Origin: the human T2T-CHM13v2.0 reference genome, Homo sapiens
NCBI RefSeq assembly: GCF_009914755.1
Contig: NC_060925.1
DNA length: 64,000 bases
Reading direction: 5' to 3' (one strand)
Shown here piece after piece: positions 18,413-35,100 of the stretch (positions are counted from its first letter, which is position 1; every line of letters begins with the position of its first letter). The position numbers were made by a program, and so were the translations under genes. The notes below the pieces were generated by a model. That model saw nothing but the letters and a program-made list of their open reading frames with translations. It was not told the origin of the DNA and did not search any database.

Positions 18413-19069
18413 TTAGTAGTTGATTAGTAAACATGGTTAAGATAAGCACAGACTTGCAGAAAAGGACTGATCCTCACTGTGCCTAGAAATGAATGGTAAA
18501 TGGTCTCAGCCTTAGGCTGGTTCTGGAGCTTCAGAAAAATATCCTGGGCACTTTCAAGCTCGCTAATAAGCTATGAGCTTCTAGGAAGTACGATGAGTTT
18601 CTTTGAAGGGCCGTTTATTGTTAGAGTTGCTGGTTTACTAGGAATAAAATGACTTCCACAGGGAGTTGTGTCAGGTCACTGCACCAAACCATCACTGTAA
18701 AGGGCTGTCTCCTGCTGAATGGATTCTTCACAAGTCTCAGCTGTCCCAGTTGGAAAAACCCAGCTATGGGTAGAATGTGCACCCTCCCTACTTTGCCACC
18801 ACTAAGTGCTTTTCAACTACGAGTCTCTCTTATTGACTATAGAAGGTTAATGGAATACACTTACTCTCTAGGACGTCATAAACTATTTTTCTACCACCAG
18901 TCATGTCATTTGAAATATGGATCTTTGCTACACATGGTGATGGTTCATGGATGGAGGTTAAAAGGAAGTGATTCCATATTCCTTTTAACCCATCCTTACT
19001 GGGCAGTTGCTCTGTGCTAGTCCTTGTGGTGGGTACTGGAGTCTCAGATAGTCTCTAGTTAACAGTGTA

Positions 19070-19731
<662 letters not shown>

Positions 19732-19971
19732 TAGTAAGGGAAACAGATACAGAGAATTACAGTGGTACTGATGTAGTGGTAAATGCAGTAAGAAAGATCT
19801 GAGTCTAAATGATCTCTGAAAAAAACTCTAAATCAGACATTTAAAATCCTATTTTGCAGATAAGAAAACTTAAGACTTGAAGAGGTTAAAATAACTTGTT
19901 CGAGCCACATAGCAAGTAAATATTAGAGTTGGGATTGGGAAGGTCTGTTTGGCACCAAAGTTTATGCTACA

Positions 19972-20497
<526 letters not shown>

Positions 20498-21255
20498 TAA
20501 GAGTTAACTGATTAAATAGTTCCACTCGCTGGGGGTGCTTCTGTGGTTTTCCTCTCCTTTTAAGAAAATTAGTTAAGAAATAGTGTTGCTTCCGGGAGTG
20601 ACTTACACAGATAGAGTCAGGATCTTGGGGAACTAATCTGAGTCAGCGACTGAAGAATTTTCTCTATGCCTGACCAGTCCCCACCCCACACTGCCACAAG
20701 GCTCCTGCTGTGGAAATCAATCAGCTGTGTATCTCAGGCTGCTTCCTGTAGGGTGTGTTATGGAATGGCATCAGCCCTTGCACCAGCTGGGAGTACTGAT
20801 CTCAGTGTGATTTTATCAGACTATGTTTCTTTTGAGCCTTACTGTTTGGAACAAAGGACCCTCTGTTAAGAATGCAGAGAGCTGGTGTGATTGGATAGCT
20901 AGCATATACATACATGGTTCCTATGGGAAAAAAACAGACATAAATTATGCTATAGCCCTCTAAAATTTTCATCTCCAAAATGATTTCCTGACCTTCTGTC
21001 TGTATTCACAGTTCTTTCTGTAAGTGCTTATCCTTCCCCCAAAGCAATTCGAAGGCCATCTGATCTGATAAATGGTTGTATCCTTCAGAACTAGCCTATT
21101 TCTGTGTCTCCAGTCTTGGATGTATTTGATCCCCACTATCTTTCCAGTGTTATTTCCTATATAGACCATACACTACATCCAGTTACCCCAGACACTCCTT
21201 ATACATTTTAGGTATTTGATTTCTGAAGTCATAGCTCAAGTCCACTTCTTTATAA

Positions 21256-21576
<321 letters not shown>

Positions 21577-22069
21577 TGATCTCCCCAGCTCACTACTCCT
21601 GATCTCTTAATCATTTACAATGTATAACTCACTTGGCTTTTATCACATACCACCTAATTTTGACATTTTCTGATTATATCCATTTGTCCTATCCCCTCAG
21701 TTAATTCACTTTTGTGTCCCTTAATGTAGTTAGCATATTGGTATATACACAGTTGGAGATGAGACAATATTTGACTGACTGGATGAACATTCTTTATTTC
21801 TCATAAGCCATGTGAGCTCTAGGATTCAAAATGCTATCTACTCTGCAAGACTTGAGGTATATATCCTTGTGTGTCCTGAAGAAATTCTAATCTTAGCCTG
21901 ATTTCCTCAGTTCTCCATCTTTCTTCTGGGCTTCCTTCCTTCTCTGCTAGTTAGTATATGTTAAGGGAACACAATCTTTTTTCAGTATAAGAGGGCAAAA
22001 CTAAGAAAGAAATGTGCTACTTCTTATGCACAGAGTCATTGCTACTTACTCAATTAGTTGACAGTTTGG

Positions 22070-22290
22070 TGTAGTGAAAAAAACTGAATACAAGTTCTAG
22101 TCAGAAGTATCCAGGTTTGAATCCTGGCTCTATCATTTACTAGCTGAGTGACCTTCAGGGAAATTACTTAACCTCTCTGAATCTTACTTACTTTAACTGT
22201 AAAATACAAATATTGGTAAATCATACCTTTAGGATTTTTATGAAAATTAAATGAAGTGATATATCTAAAAGTATTAGGCTTATATTTGGT
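22070..22290 (+). mobile_element. MIR
   Basis: tttgaatcctggctctatcatttactagctgagtgacctt...ttacttaacctctctga. Confidence 0.75.
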
Positions 22291-22384
22291 GCTCAGCTCA
22301 CTAGATGATAATATGCTTTTTTTTAAAAAGAAGCTTATCTAGACATATAAATTAGAATATTGTGAAATCTTTTTTTTTTTCATT

Positions 22385-22707
<323 letters not shown>

Positions 22708-23758
22708 TAATAAGAACAGTTACCCCTCTTTGTGCCTAGGGATCATCATTCTCCAGAAGACTTGATCTAAGGCCCAGCACCAGATTATTTTCTTCTTGAA
22801 AATTGGAAAAATGGAAATTATGAGGATAAAGTAAAATTAGTTTGATAACAATGAAACAAGTGGATGGATAGAGAGCCTTCCTGAGCAGTTTTTGTGGGAA
22901 CAATAGGGCTTATTTCTAGCCCTAGAGTGGGAATAATAGGCAAGTTTAGGTCATGATTCAACACAGCTTAAAATATATTTTATGTACACATACATATACA
23001 TACATATTTATTTATTCATTAATTCATTTATGCATTTCTATCAGAATCCTACAACCAGCAGGTTTTTCTGAGACCATTTTGGCCTTGGCTTGTATGCTCT
23101 ACAAATTCATATTATTTTCAAATCATTAACCAGAATTAACCAGAAGACATTACCAGCTCAGTGACTTCCCCAGCCACTCAGTTGCCCATTAGATCAGCTC
23201 TAATGATCTCAGGGATTTTGGCCTAATTAGCTTTTATCATAGACCATGTTATCTTCCTCTGTTACCGTACAATGGCAACTACTAAGTCAGCATCTTTAGG
23301 AAAGACATCTCTTAATATTAATCAATCTTTAATTAAAACATTGAGGGCTGAGCCAAAAAATATCGGCAGAGTTTCAGAAGCAAGCAGCTTAAAATACAGA
23401 TATAATTCATCTGTCTGCCAATCTCATACCAGATTGAGATGTTTTACAGAAAGTCTTTAATTCTTTACAGTTTCAGCAAATATGTGTTTTTAATGTTTTT
23501 AACATTTGGTCATGTGTATATATGAGTCAAGGAAAGAAGATAATTCAAAGAAATTATATGTGCCTTAGATTTTCTCCATCTTGAATTAATTGTATTTATC
23601 AAGTGAACCATTTAATATCTCTGTCATCTTGCAATTCATTCCCAAAGGATAAGCTCTGGTTTTGGTCTAATTCTTTAAATTCATACCTAAGCTGTTTGTT
23701 TCTTTGTCATCAATGATAAGAATTTTCCTTAGTAACGAAATGAAAGAGATGGTTTTTA

Positions 23759-24163
<405 letters not shown>

Positions 24164-24926
24164 TCATGCCACTCTGGAACTGGAAAGACTACTCTCAGTT
24201 AGTCCCAGGGGGAGGCCCACATCATCACTTTCTCAGGGAAACCTACCCTGAGCTTCCAGGCCAGGTTGAGGCCCATGACCCATGTTCTCATAGCACGGTG
24301 TGCTTTCCTTAGTGCCTGGGATAGTTTAGAGCACATAGTAGATACCAATAAATATTTGGTGAATGGATGAAAAGAAGAGAATCAACGATATAACCTTGTG
24401 AAATTAGTTGCCTCAAGAGGAGAGGAAGAGGAATCCAAGGAGACAAAGAAGGACTGGCTAGAAAGATAGCACCAGGGTACCACAGTGTCATGGAAGTCAA
24501 AAGAACACAGTCTCAAGAAGAAGGGAGGATCCATACTTATTTCTCACCACTGCTTATCCTTAACCCCCTCTAATCTGATCCAACACCCATCACTGTGCTG
24601 AAACTGCTCTCTTAGATATTCATTGGCTTCCTAGTTGCCAAGTCTAGTGGCCTTGTCTGCCTCACTATTCCCCTCTTTCATTGTACAGCATTTAATATCA
24701 GATCTTCTTTCTTGAAAGTTAATTTACTTTCTGGACATTGTGCTCTTCCGTTCTCTTCTCTGGCTGCTCTTCTGCTTTCCTTTTTGGTTTGTCTTCCTAT
24801 CTCCTAAATATGTGGTTCCTTAAACTCTGTCATCTGTCTCTTCTCTTCTCTCTGCACTCAACCTCTGAGATGGCAGCTCCTCACTGTTCTATGGGGAAAG
24901 GCTTCCAAATCTATCTTTCTCTCTCT

Positions 24927-25305
<379 letters not shown>

Positions 25306-25728
25306 TGAATCTTTTGTGTGAGGGGCCCTTCTAGACACCTTCACATGGGTCGTTTTTTAGTATTTCACATACAGAATGCTCTAAGATAAATGAATTCAAA
25401 TATTTTATTCTTTCCTGCTGTTGTTTTATAATAAGTACTACTATGCCCCTAGTAACCTAAGAGTAACACTATATGGCATTATCTTTGTTTTTTTCCCTCT
25501 AACCTCTACCTTCTCTCTGGTCAGTTGTGAAGCCCAAATATTCTTCCTCTGCAATTACTTTCACAGCCCTCTTCCTCATTTTTACTAGGTGTATTATTCT
25601 GAACAAGTATGCTTGCCACCCTAAGTTTCATTTATAAAGATTTAGATTTTTTAAATGAGATAATAATAAGTGACAGTTGAGTGAGCATCCCGTCCCAAAG
25701 TCCTCATTTAAAAATTTTTGGGCGGGGG

Positions 25729-26666
<938 letters not shown>

Positions 26667-28339
26667 AGAATTTGCTTCTTTAGAGTCCTGCCTTCAGCTC
26701 TCTACTTAGAAATATTTGTCTTTGCCATCTCTGTATATCTGAAATCCTAATGAGTAAATGTGATTCCCTCCATAAAGCCTTCTCTGATACCTCCTGCCTT
26801 CCTTCTTCCCACCCTTCTGTCAGGTCTTTTCTAACTTGCAAAGCCCCATGATTTTGTCATCACCATGGTTTTGGTGACCATTAGTCTAAAAAGAGGGATT
26901 AATACACTGTCTTTTGGAAAGTCTACAGGCAGGAAAGGGCTTACAGGGGTCATGAGAGTTCCTGCAGAGTGTGTGGAAAGTTTTCTCATGGGTTCACGAG
27001 TACATGAGAGCTCAAATAGCATCAAAATCCTTAGTATCCCACTTAAAGCAAACTTCGTGTCATGCTATGTTGCTTTATGAGCCACTCCGTAGCCATGTTT
27101 ATAATAATAAAAGTACCAAAGGATGGCAGTGACTGATGCCCAACAGGTACAGACTAATACTGTGGAGTTTCTACTTGCTACTAAATAATGCTTGTAAAAT
27201 CTAAAGATCCTAAGATGAAAGGCATTGTGTAGATTTAAAATGAGCAAGATCCAACCAGTCCTCTGTATCCTCTTCTACTCAGAATTAGTCTTCCAAGAGA
27301 GAGCACCCATCAAGGTGGGTGATAAGGCATCATAGAATCTAGGGAAGTGTGAATCTGGGGTCTCCAGATTGTCCCAGAGGGCTGGCATTTTAGGTCTGGA
27401 GCAGACAAGGGCAGGATGCCAGGTCCAAAACTTGGAAAGGGAGCTATGTTAGGGTGTGAGGAGACTCCACCCGGCTGTCTTTCATTAGGAAGACTGCAGG
27501 AAGGAGCTGGAAGGGCCAGGATTTTTCTTTCTTCTAAGTTCACTGAAGGAAAATCTAACACCAAATTCTGTACTTGGGAATTTCAAAATGAGTAGAGAAT
27601 TCTTTGAACTCTGTAATCAATTAACCGGAAACTCATTTGAAATTTGGCTTCAGTGCATATGTTTGTGGTTACAGGGGTGGGGGAAATATCTGAAGAGGGT
27701 CTCTGGAGCTCCCTGTATTTCTCTTTTAAAAAGTTTATACACAGCATGTGAAATGAACAGATGCTTTTTTTTTTTTGTAGCTATCAGGGCAACAAGAGGT
27801 GGAAAGCTGTATCAGGTATTTATTTCAGTCCCTGAGATGGCTATTGGCAGAGTTTCACATACCTAAACTAAGGAGAAACTCATGAACAGATAAAAATTAA
27901 GACATGGAGGAGAACTTGTGCTTCCTCTCTTGATTTATTTCTAAACACATACTGATGATTTTTTAAAAAGAGCAAAGCACTCAGAAAGTATTCTTTGGCT
28001 TTGGGTTCTGGGGTTTTTTTGGAGGTGCGGTGGGAGGATTAGATTACTATATGTAATTTCTCTTTAGGTTGTATTTAAATTTGTTTTCCTAACACCCTAA
28101 TTAGAGAGAGTGTGACTGCAGATAATAAGTAATTCGAATCTGAATTTCATAGTCGTAGGAATGCTCCATTTATTTATTTATATGGATCACTGATGAGAGT
28201 AGTAAGAATATTGGTAGATAGACATGGGAGGGAATTATTTAAGAAAAGTCTGGATTGGTTGATACCTGACTTGGTGAGGAAACAGTAAAGGAATTTCTGT
28301 TCATGAAGTTTGTGATTCCACATCAAGATAATTCTTTAT

Positions 28340-28640
<301 letters not shown>

Positions 28641-30219
28641 CATTCTTTATAATAGAATAACCACCCATGTTTCATCCAGAGCCAGAATTCCTCAGATTCT
28701 TCCAACCAGAGGGGCCCTGGCATGCTAAACAGTCTGTTATGATATCTGAACACTTAAGTGAATGTATTTGGCCAGGGATATTTGCTAGTAAAATTGATCT
28801 TTCCTTCCCTGAGTTTTTCCAGTTGTGCTGAATAATTAAAGGAAAATTAAAACCTGGATTCCCTAAACTGTTAAGTATCAGATCTGTAAGCTGTCAGTCC
28901 TTAGGATTACAGTGTATCAGAGTTAGAAAGGACTTTAAAATTCATCTGAACAAACTGCAGAAGATTTGTAAATCTGTTTTCCCAAATCTCTGCCAAGTGA
29001 TTGCTTGAATTTCTGCTCAAACACCTCCAGGGTCAGGAAAGTCACCAGTTTAGGGGACACTCTATTCTTTGAATAGCTGTGAGAAGCTCTTTGTTGGTTT
29101 TAAATCTCACATCTTAGTGTGCCAGCTTAAGGAGATACCCAGAACAAGTTTCCTTCCTCCCACGTCTCAGCCCTTCAGATACTTCATGCTAATTACATCT
29201 CCTAGAACTTTCTCTAGGTCAGACATTATTGGGTCTTGCACTGTTTGTTCTTCATAGGACAGGGTTTCTAGTGTCTTGGCAGTATACGACCAAGAGGACA
29301 CAGGATTCTGGGGCAGTGCCTTTAAAAGTTTTAGAACTAAAAAATATTAAAACTAGAAAGGGTGTCAAGACACAACCTAGTCGGCCTCCCCACCCCTTTC
29401 AGTTTACAGATGGGCAGAGTCTTTTGGATTTGAGTGGGTAGAATTGATCAGCAGCCGTTGTTGAAGTGAGAAATGAAGTGTAAAGCATTTTACCAGAGAA
29501 AGGTCTTTTAGTTGCCTAATTCCGATTACAGGCTTCAGCGCACTTCTCATTTTTGCCAAGGACCAGTCTGATTCCCTAAGTAAGCCTAAGGCTCAGCTCA
29601 AGGTTTCAGTGCCAGATCTTCATACACCAGGTGTTGGTTTCACTTACTGTTTGTGTAAAGGATAGAAATAACTTTTCCATAAGTTTTGCGGTATATATTG
29701 ACCACATGGTCCGACAGAGATTCCGAATTTTAATAGATGTTTTTTTCCTTCATAAAATCAGAGAATGGCCATCACAAATAGAACAGAGTATTGGACCCGT
29801 TCAGAGATGCAGCTGCCTCTGGTGGACAGTTTCCTGGGTTGCCCTTTGTACTTTCTTTGTTTAACAGTCACCAGGTGACCAAGTGGCTTTTCTAAAAGCC
29901 AAAGGCCGTGGACGACGGGATTGTGAGCGACTTTTCTCTAGTGTTTTCTATTTGAGATTTGAAATACCCATGCTTTTCATCTGGTCCAAGGAGGCTCAGG
30001 TTTCCTTGGCTGTGCGCAACTATAAAGGACCCAGGTGTTTGGTCGTAGGGCTCAGCTGTTGGCATCCCCACCTCCCCCAACACCCCATTTTCTTCCGTCA
30101 TTGATACCACTCAGGTCTGTGAGCAGAGAAATCCTGGTGGGAGAATTGACCAGGACTTGATATACTTGAGAAGGGGGAGAGGGAAGGTAGAATGTGCCTA
30201 GAGTTATCCAATAACTTTG

Positions 30220-31470
30220 GTCTCTGAGCGTGACCGAATTCCTTTGGGACACCGGGAAAGTGCCGGGTTTAAGGCTGGAGTGTTCTTCGGTCCGGCAAGG
30301 GGCGCGCTAAAGGTGACACTGGAAGGAGCAGGGACAGCCTTTGGCGGCAGAGATGGAGCCGAGAGCGATGCAGGCGGCCTACCCCAGCCGGCGCGACCTG
30401 CCGGCACACGGGAACTCGAGTGGCCGTCGCCAGAGCCGGCTAGCTGGGGGAGCGCGGGCGCCCTTTCTGGATTCGTTCGCCTTTGGGCTGGGCTCGGAGC
30501 CGGGCCGGTTGGAGCGAGACAGGGGCGGGAGGGGCCGGGCCAGCGGGAGGAGGGCGGGGCTTTCCTTTGTCAGGGGATTTGCGCCGCGCAGCCCAGACTC
30601 GCGCGGGTTCCGTTCCTCTCCTTGCGCCCTCTCCGGGGGCGGGGCGTTCCCCTCTGGCCCCGGGGCGCGGTGGGCGTGGGCTGCGGGAGCCGAACGGCTG
30701 GCGTCCCGGGTCTCTCGCTCCGAATCCCGCAGAAGCCCCTCCTTCGGCGCCTCAGCCTCCAATCCTCTCCACCGCTCCCTCCACTCTCGGAGTCGCTCCT
30801 CTCCCCGGCCCCGCCCCCGCCGGGCCCCGCCCCCGCCCTCGTCCTCCTCCCTGTGCTCTCCGCGTCGCGCGCTCCCTGGCTTCCAGGGGGCTGCCCGGGC
30901 GGGGCGGCGCAGCGCGGCGGCGCGGGGAAGGGGGAGGAGAGCCGCCCGCCAGCCGAGCACTTCCAGCGAGCTAGCGAGCTAGCGGGTCGCGCTGCGCGGG
31001 GGAGGAGGACTCGCCCCCCGCCCGACCCTAGCGGAGCCTTTTGTTCCCAGCCAGAAGTTTGCATGCCGGGACCGTGACAGCTGCGGGCGGGGAGGACGGC
31101 GGGGCCGCGGGGCCAGCGGCGTGGTGGAGAATAGAGGCGGCTGCTTGTCATGCAGCCCACGGCGTGGCGGCTGCGGGCCGGGGACTGGCGGCGGCGGGCG
31201 AGGCGGCGCCCACAGCACTCGGGACTCAGCTGCCGGAGGGACAAACTAACTTCCTGAGCGCGGGACCTGAGGCTGGCGCGGCCGGGAGCCACCTGCAGCC
31301 TGCGGTGAGGCGACCCTGGCCCTCGGGGCGCGCGGCATGGCGCGGGGAAGCGGGCCGTGCTGAGCGAGCCCCTCCGACAGACCCGCGGCCGCTGCTGCTG
31401 CCCGCCCGCCCGCCTGCCTTTCCGAAGGCCTGGCGCGGGGCTCCGCTCGCCTTGTTTTGCAGCTACAGCG
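30220..31470 (+). promoter_or_regulatory. CpG island and internal promoter for KIAA0754 / short MACF1 isoforms
   Basis: Abrupt switch to very GC- and CpG-rich sequence with many GGGCGG/CCGCCC GC boxes, ending about 0.7 kb upstream of the long ORF. Confidence 0.9.
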
Positions 31471-32147
31471 CAGGGTTGGCCTGGGAGCCACAACAATGCC
31501 ATGATGTTTTGGAGACAGGAAGCCCCAAGCTGGCCCCGAATGAAGGACTTCCTGTGTTTAAAGTTGCAGGAATATCCGCCGACCAGCCCAGTTCAAATGC
31601 AAACACCCCAGCTAGGGAGGACGAATGGCTAATTCAGACCAGCTGGACTCTCCAGGGCTGGAACTGAGGATAAAATGAAAGGAATTCTTAGGAGCTTGGG
31701 CCATACTTGAAGACTAGAGAGGCTGTGCCATTGTTATTAAAGGATACAATCGGCATAAATTTGCTGCTCCCAACTCTGCTTCGGTGAGAAGTGAGTGGAA
31801 CTAGATATCGAAAAAGACTCGTCAATATCAGATGATTTTTGTTGACTGTATTTGAAAGAGCAGTGCTCTTAAAAAAAATTAAACCATAAGCCATACAAGG
31901 AATTATTTTAAATTATATCGTCTGTCAACCATGAGGCTGCTAGCCTGTGAGGAAAAAGCTGTTTGTCTTAGAGCTTCTCCCAGAATGGTTTCAAAACGGA
32001 ACTTCCAGGCCTTTCTGGAGGGCAGATGCAATTGGTGGTTTGGGGTATGAACAGCTAAAAGGATTTATAACTTATGTAGAATGCATTTGGGGGGAACCTG
32101 TGAAAAATACTTTTGAAAGATTGATGGTTCATCTTGATTGAAAAAGG

Positions 32148-35100
32148 ATGGGTAAGCCACTCAGCAGACCAGACTGTTTAAGGCGGAACCCCAGCTGCCT
32201 GGGGAAAGGAGAGGAGGAGGATGGCTACATAGAGGACTGCTATGTTCCACAACGGTCTATATATGATACGATGAGGATAAATGAGCAAATTGACCAGGGG
32301 TCAAAGCTTAACCAGACTTCAAAAAGCACCATGGAAAAGATGGAAGGAAGTACTATATCCAGCAATGGTACATTAGGAGCAGCATCTAATGTTTTTGAAT
32401 CTAGAGCACCAGAAGGTAAGAAGCTGGATGAGAGGATAATATTTGATGCACTAAAGCTAAGCAGTGATGTGCAGAAGTCAGCACCTGTGCCACCCAGAAG
32501 GCGGCCAAATGCAGAACGCAAAGACAATGTTAACAGGAGATCGTGGAAGTCCTTCATGCCACCCAACTTCCCAGAATTTGCAGAGAGGATAGAAGCTTCT
32601 CTCAGTGAGGTTTCAGAAGCTGGTGCTTCAAATCCTTCCTTGCAAGAGAAGAAGGAGTCCAGTTCTGCATTAACAGAAAGTTCTGGTCATTTGGACCACA
32701 GGGAACCTCAGTCAGAGTCAGTAACTCTGGAACATGTGTCCAAATCCATAGGTATTCCAGAGGTGCAAGATTTTAAAAACTTAAGTGGAGACTGCCAGGA
32801 CTTTAGATTTCAGCAGCACAGTGCAAACCCTCCTCATGAATTCCAGCCTGTAGAATCAGAAGCTGTAGCAACAAGTGGTAACACAGATGTAATGCAGGAA
32901 TCCAGATTCTCAAGTGCAACCTGGCCGAGGGCCACAAAAAGTTTAGCTAAGGGAGGCTTCAGTGAGAAGCAGCACCCCCTTGGGGACACAGCCTGCACTG
33001 TGGAAATGCCACCTCTCTCCCCTTGCCTGAGTGAAGAGCTGTTAGATCCAGAATTGCATGTTCTCATAACCCCCAGCCTGAGAGAGAAAACAGAGTCTGA
33101 GCTAAAGTTTGAGGAGGATGAGCGATGGATTATGATGGAGGCTGAGGGAGAGTGGGAGGAAGAGAAACTGTCAGACAGGGAAAAGACTTTTCTGATGGCA
33201 GATGAGAAGAACAGCCTGGCAGATATTTTTGAAGAAAGAGAACAAGCAAACACAGCAGTGGTGGAGGATGGATCCGATTGCTTAGCTGCTGTCTTGAGGA
33301 CTTTTGGCCACCTATCTCTTGGTCAGATTTGTTGCCCTGATGACCCACAGCCAGCCAAGGACCAGTTGGCTACTGTTCCCAAGGATATACCCCTGGATTG
33401 CGATTGTGTTCTTACAGGTGAGGATATTCTCGGTGAGGTGGCAAACAGAACTGCTCAGGGGTTAGAGGGACTTGTTTCAGATTCAGCATGTACTGTGGGT
33501 ACTATTGATGCAGAACAGCTCTCTGACACAGACTCAGTGCAGATGTTTCTTGAACTTGAAAAGGAGTGTTTATGTGAAGAAGGAGTAACTCCTCTAGTTG
33601 AGCTACAGAATCAAATCTCTTCTGAAGGGCTGGCTGCATCCCAGGATGCAGAAAATTTACTCGTAATTAGTCATTTTTCAGGGGCTGCCTTAGAAAAGGA
33701 ACAGCATTTAGGCCTTTTACATGTAAGGGCAAAAGATTATGATACTAGATTGGATTGTGGATATTTTAATACCCTGGATTCTTCTCAGGTGCCTAATGCT
33801 GTGGAACTTATTGCCCACGTTGATATCATGAGAGACACTTCCACTGTTAGCAAGGAGGAATGTGAAAAAGTGCCTTTTAGCCCCAGGACTGCAGAATTTA
33901 AGTCCAGACAGCCAGCTGATCTGGATTCACTGGAAAAGCTGGACCCAGGAGGACTGCTGAACTCTGATCACAGGGTTTCTCATGAAGAAAAATTATCAGG
34001 CTTCATTGCTTCTGAGCTGGCCAAAGACAATGGCAGTTTGTCCCAGGGAGACTGCAGTCAAACTGAGGGGAATGGTGAGGAGTGCATTGAGAGGGTCACC
34101 TTCAGTTTTGCTTTTAATCATGAACTAACAGATGTTACCTCAGGACCTGAAGTAGAGGTGTTATATGAATCAAATTTACTAACAGATGAAATTCATTTGG
34201 AAAGTGGGAATGTAACTGTTAATCAAGAAAATAACAGTCTGACATCAATGGGAAATGTGGTCACTTGTGAATTGTCTGTGGAGAAAGTTTGTGATGAGGA
34301 TGGTGAGGCAAAAGAGCTGGATTATCAAGCCACACTTTTGGAGGATCAAGCTCCAGCACATTTCCACAGAAACTTCCCAGAGCAGGTCTTCCAGGATCTC
34401 CAGAGGAAGTCCCCAGAGTCAGAGATTCTGAGTCTGCACCTGCTGGTTGAAGAACTGAGACTTAATCCAGATGGAGTGGAAACTGTGAATGATACAAAGC
34501 CTGAGCTGAATGTGGCATCATCAGAGGGAGGGGAGATGGAAAGGAGAGATTCAGATTCATTCCTAAATATTTTTCCAGAGAAACAAGTTACCAAGGCTGG
34601 TAATACTGAACCAGTTTTAGAGGAATGGATACCCGTCCTCCAGAGACCTTCCCGGACTGCTGCAGTACCCACTGTCAAAGATGCCCTAGATGCTGCACTG
34701 CCCAGCCCAGAGGAGGGTACCTCAATTGCTGCAGTGCCTGCCCCAGAGGGAACTGCTGTAGTTGCTGCTTTAGTGCCCTTTCCACATGAGGACATCCTAG
34801 TTGCTTCAATAGTCTCCTTAGAGGAGGAGGATGTCACAGCTGCTGCAGTATCAGCCCCAGAGAGGGCTACTGTCCCAGCTGTTACAGTATCTGTCCCTGA
34901 AGGGACTGCTGCAGTTGCTGCAGTGTCCTCCCCAGAGGAGACTGCTCCAGCTGTTGCAGCAGCCATCACACAGGAGGGTATGTCAGCTGTCGCAGGGTTC
35001 TCCCCAGAGTGGGCTGCTTTAGCTATTACAGTACCCATCACAGAGGAGGATGGTACACCAGAAGGGCCTGTCACCCCAGCTACCACAGTGCATGCTCCAG

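Noticed and set aside
30204-31667. Many overlapping 160-310 aa ORFs on both strands
   Set aside because: Expected in a CpG island where stop codons are rare; the peptides are G/A/R/P-rich and mostly lack an ATG start.
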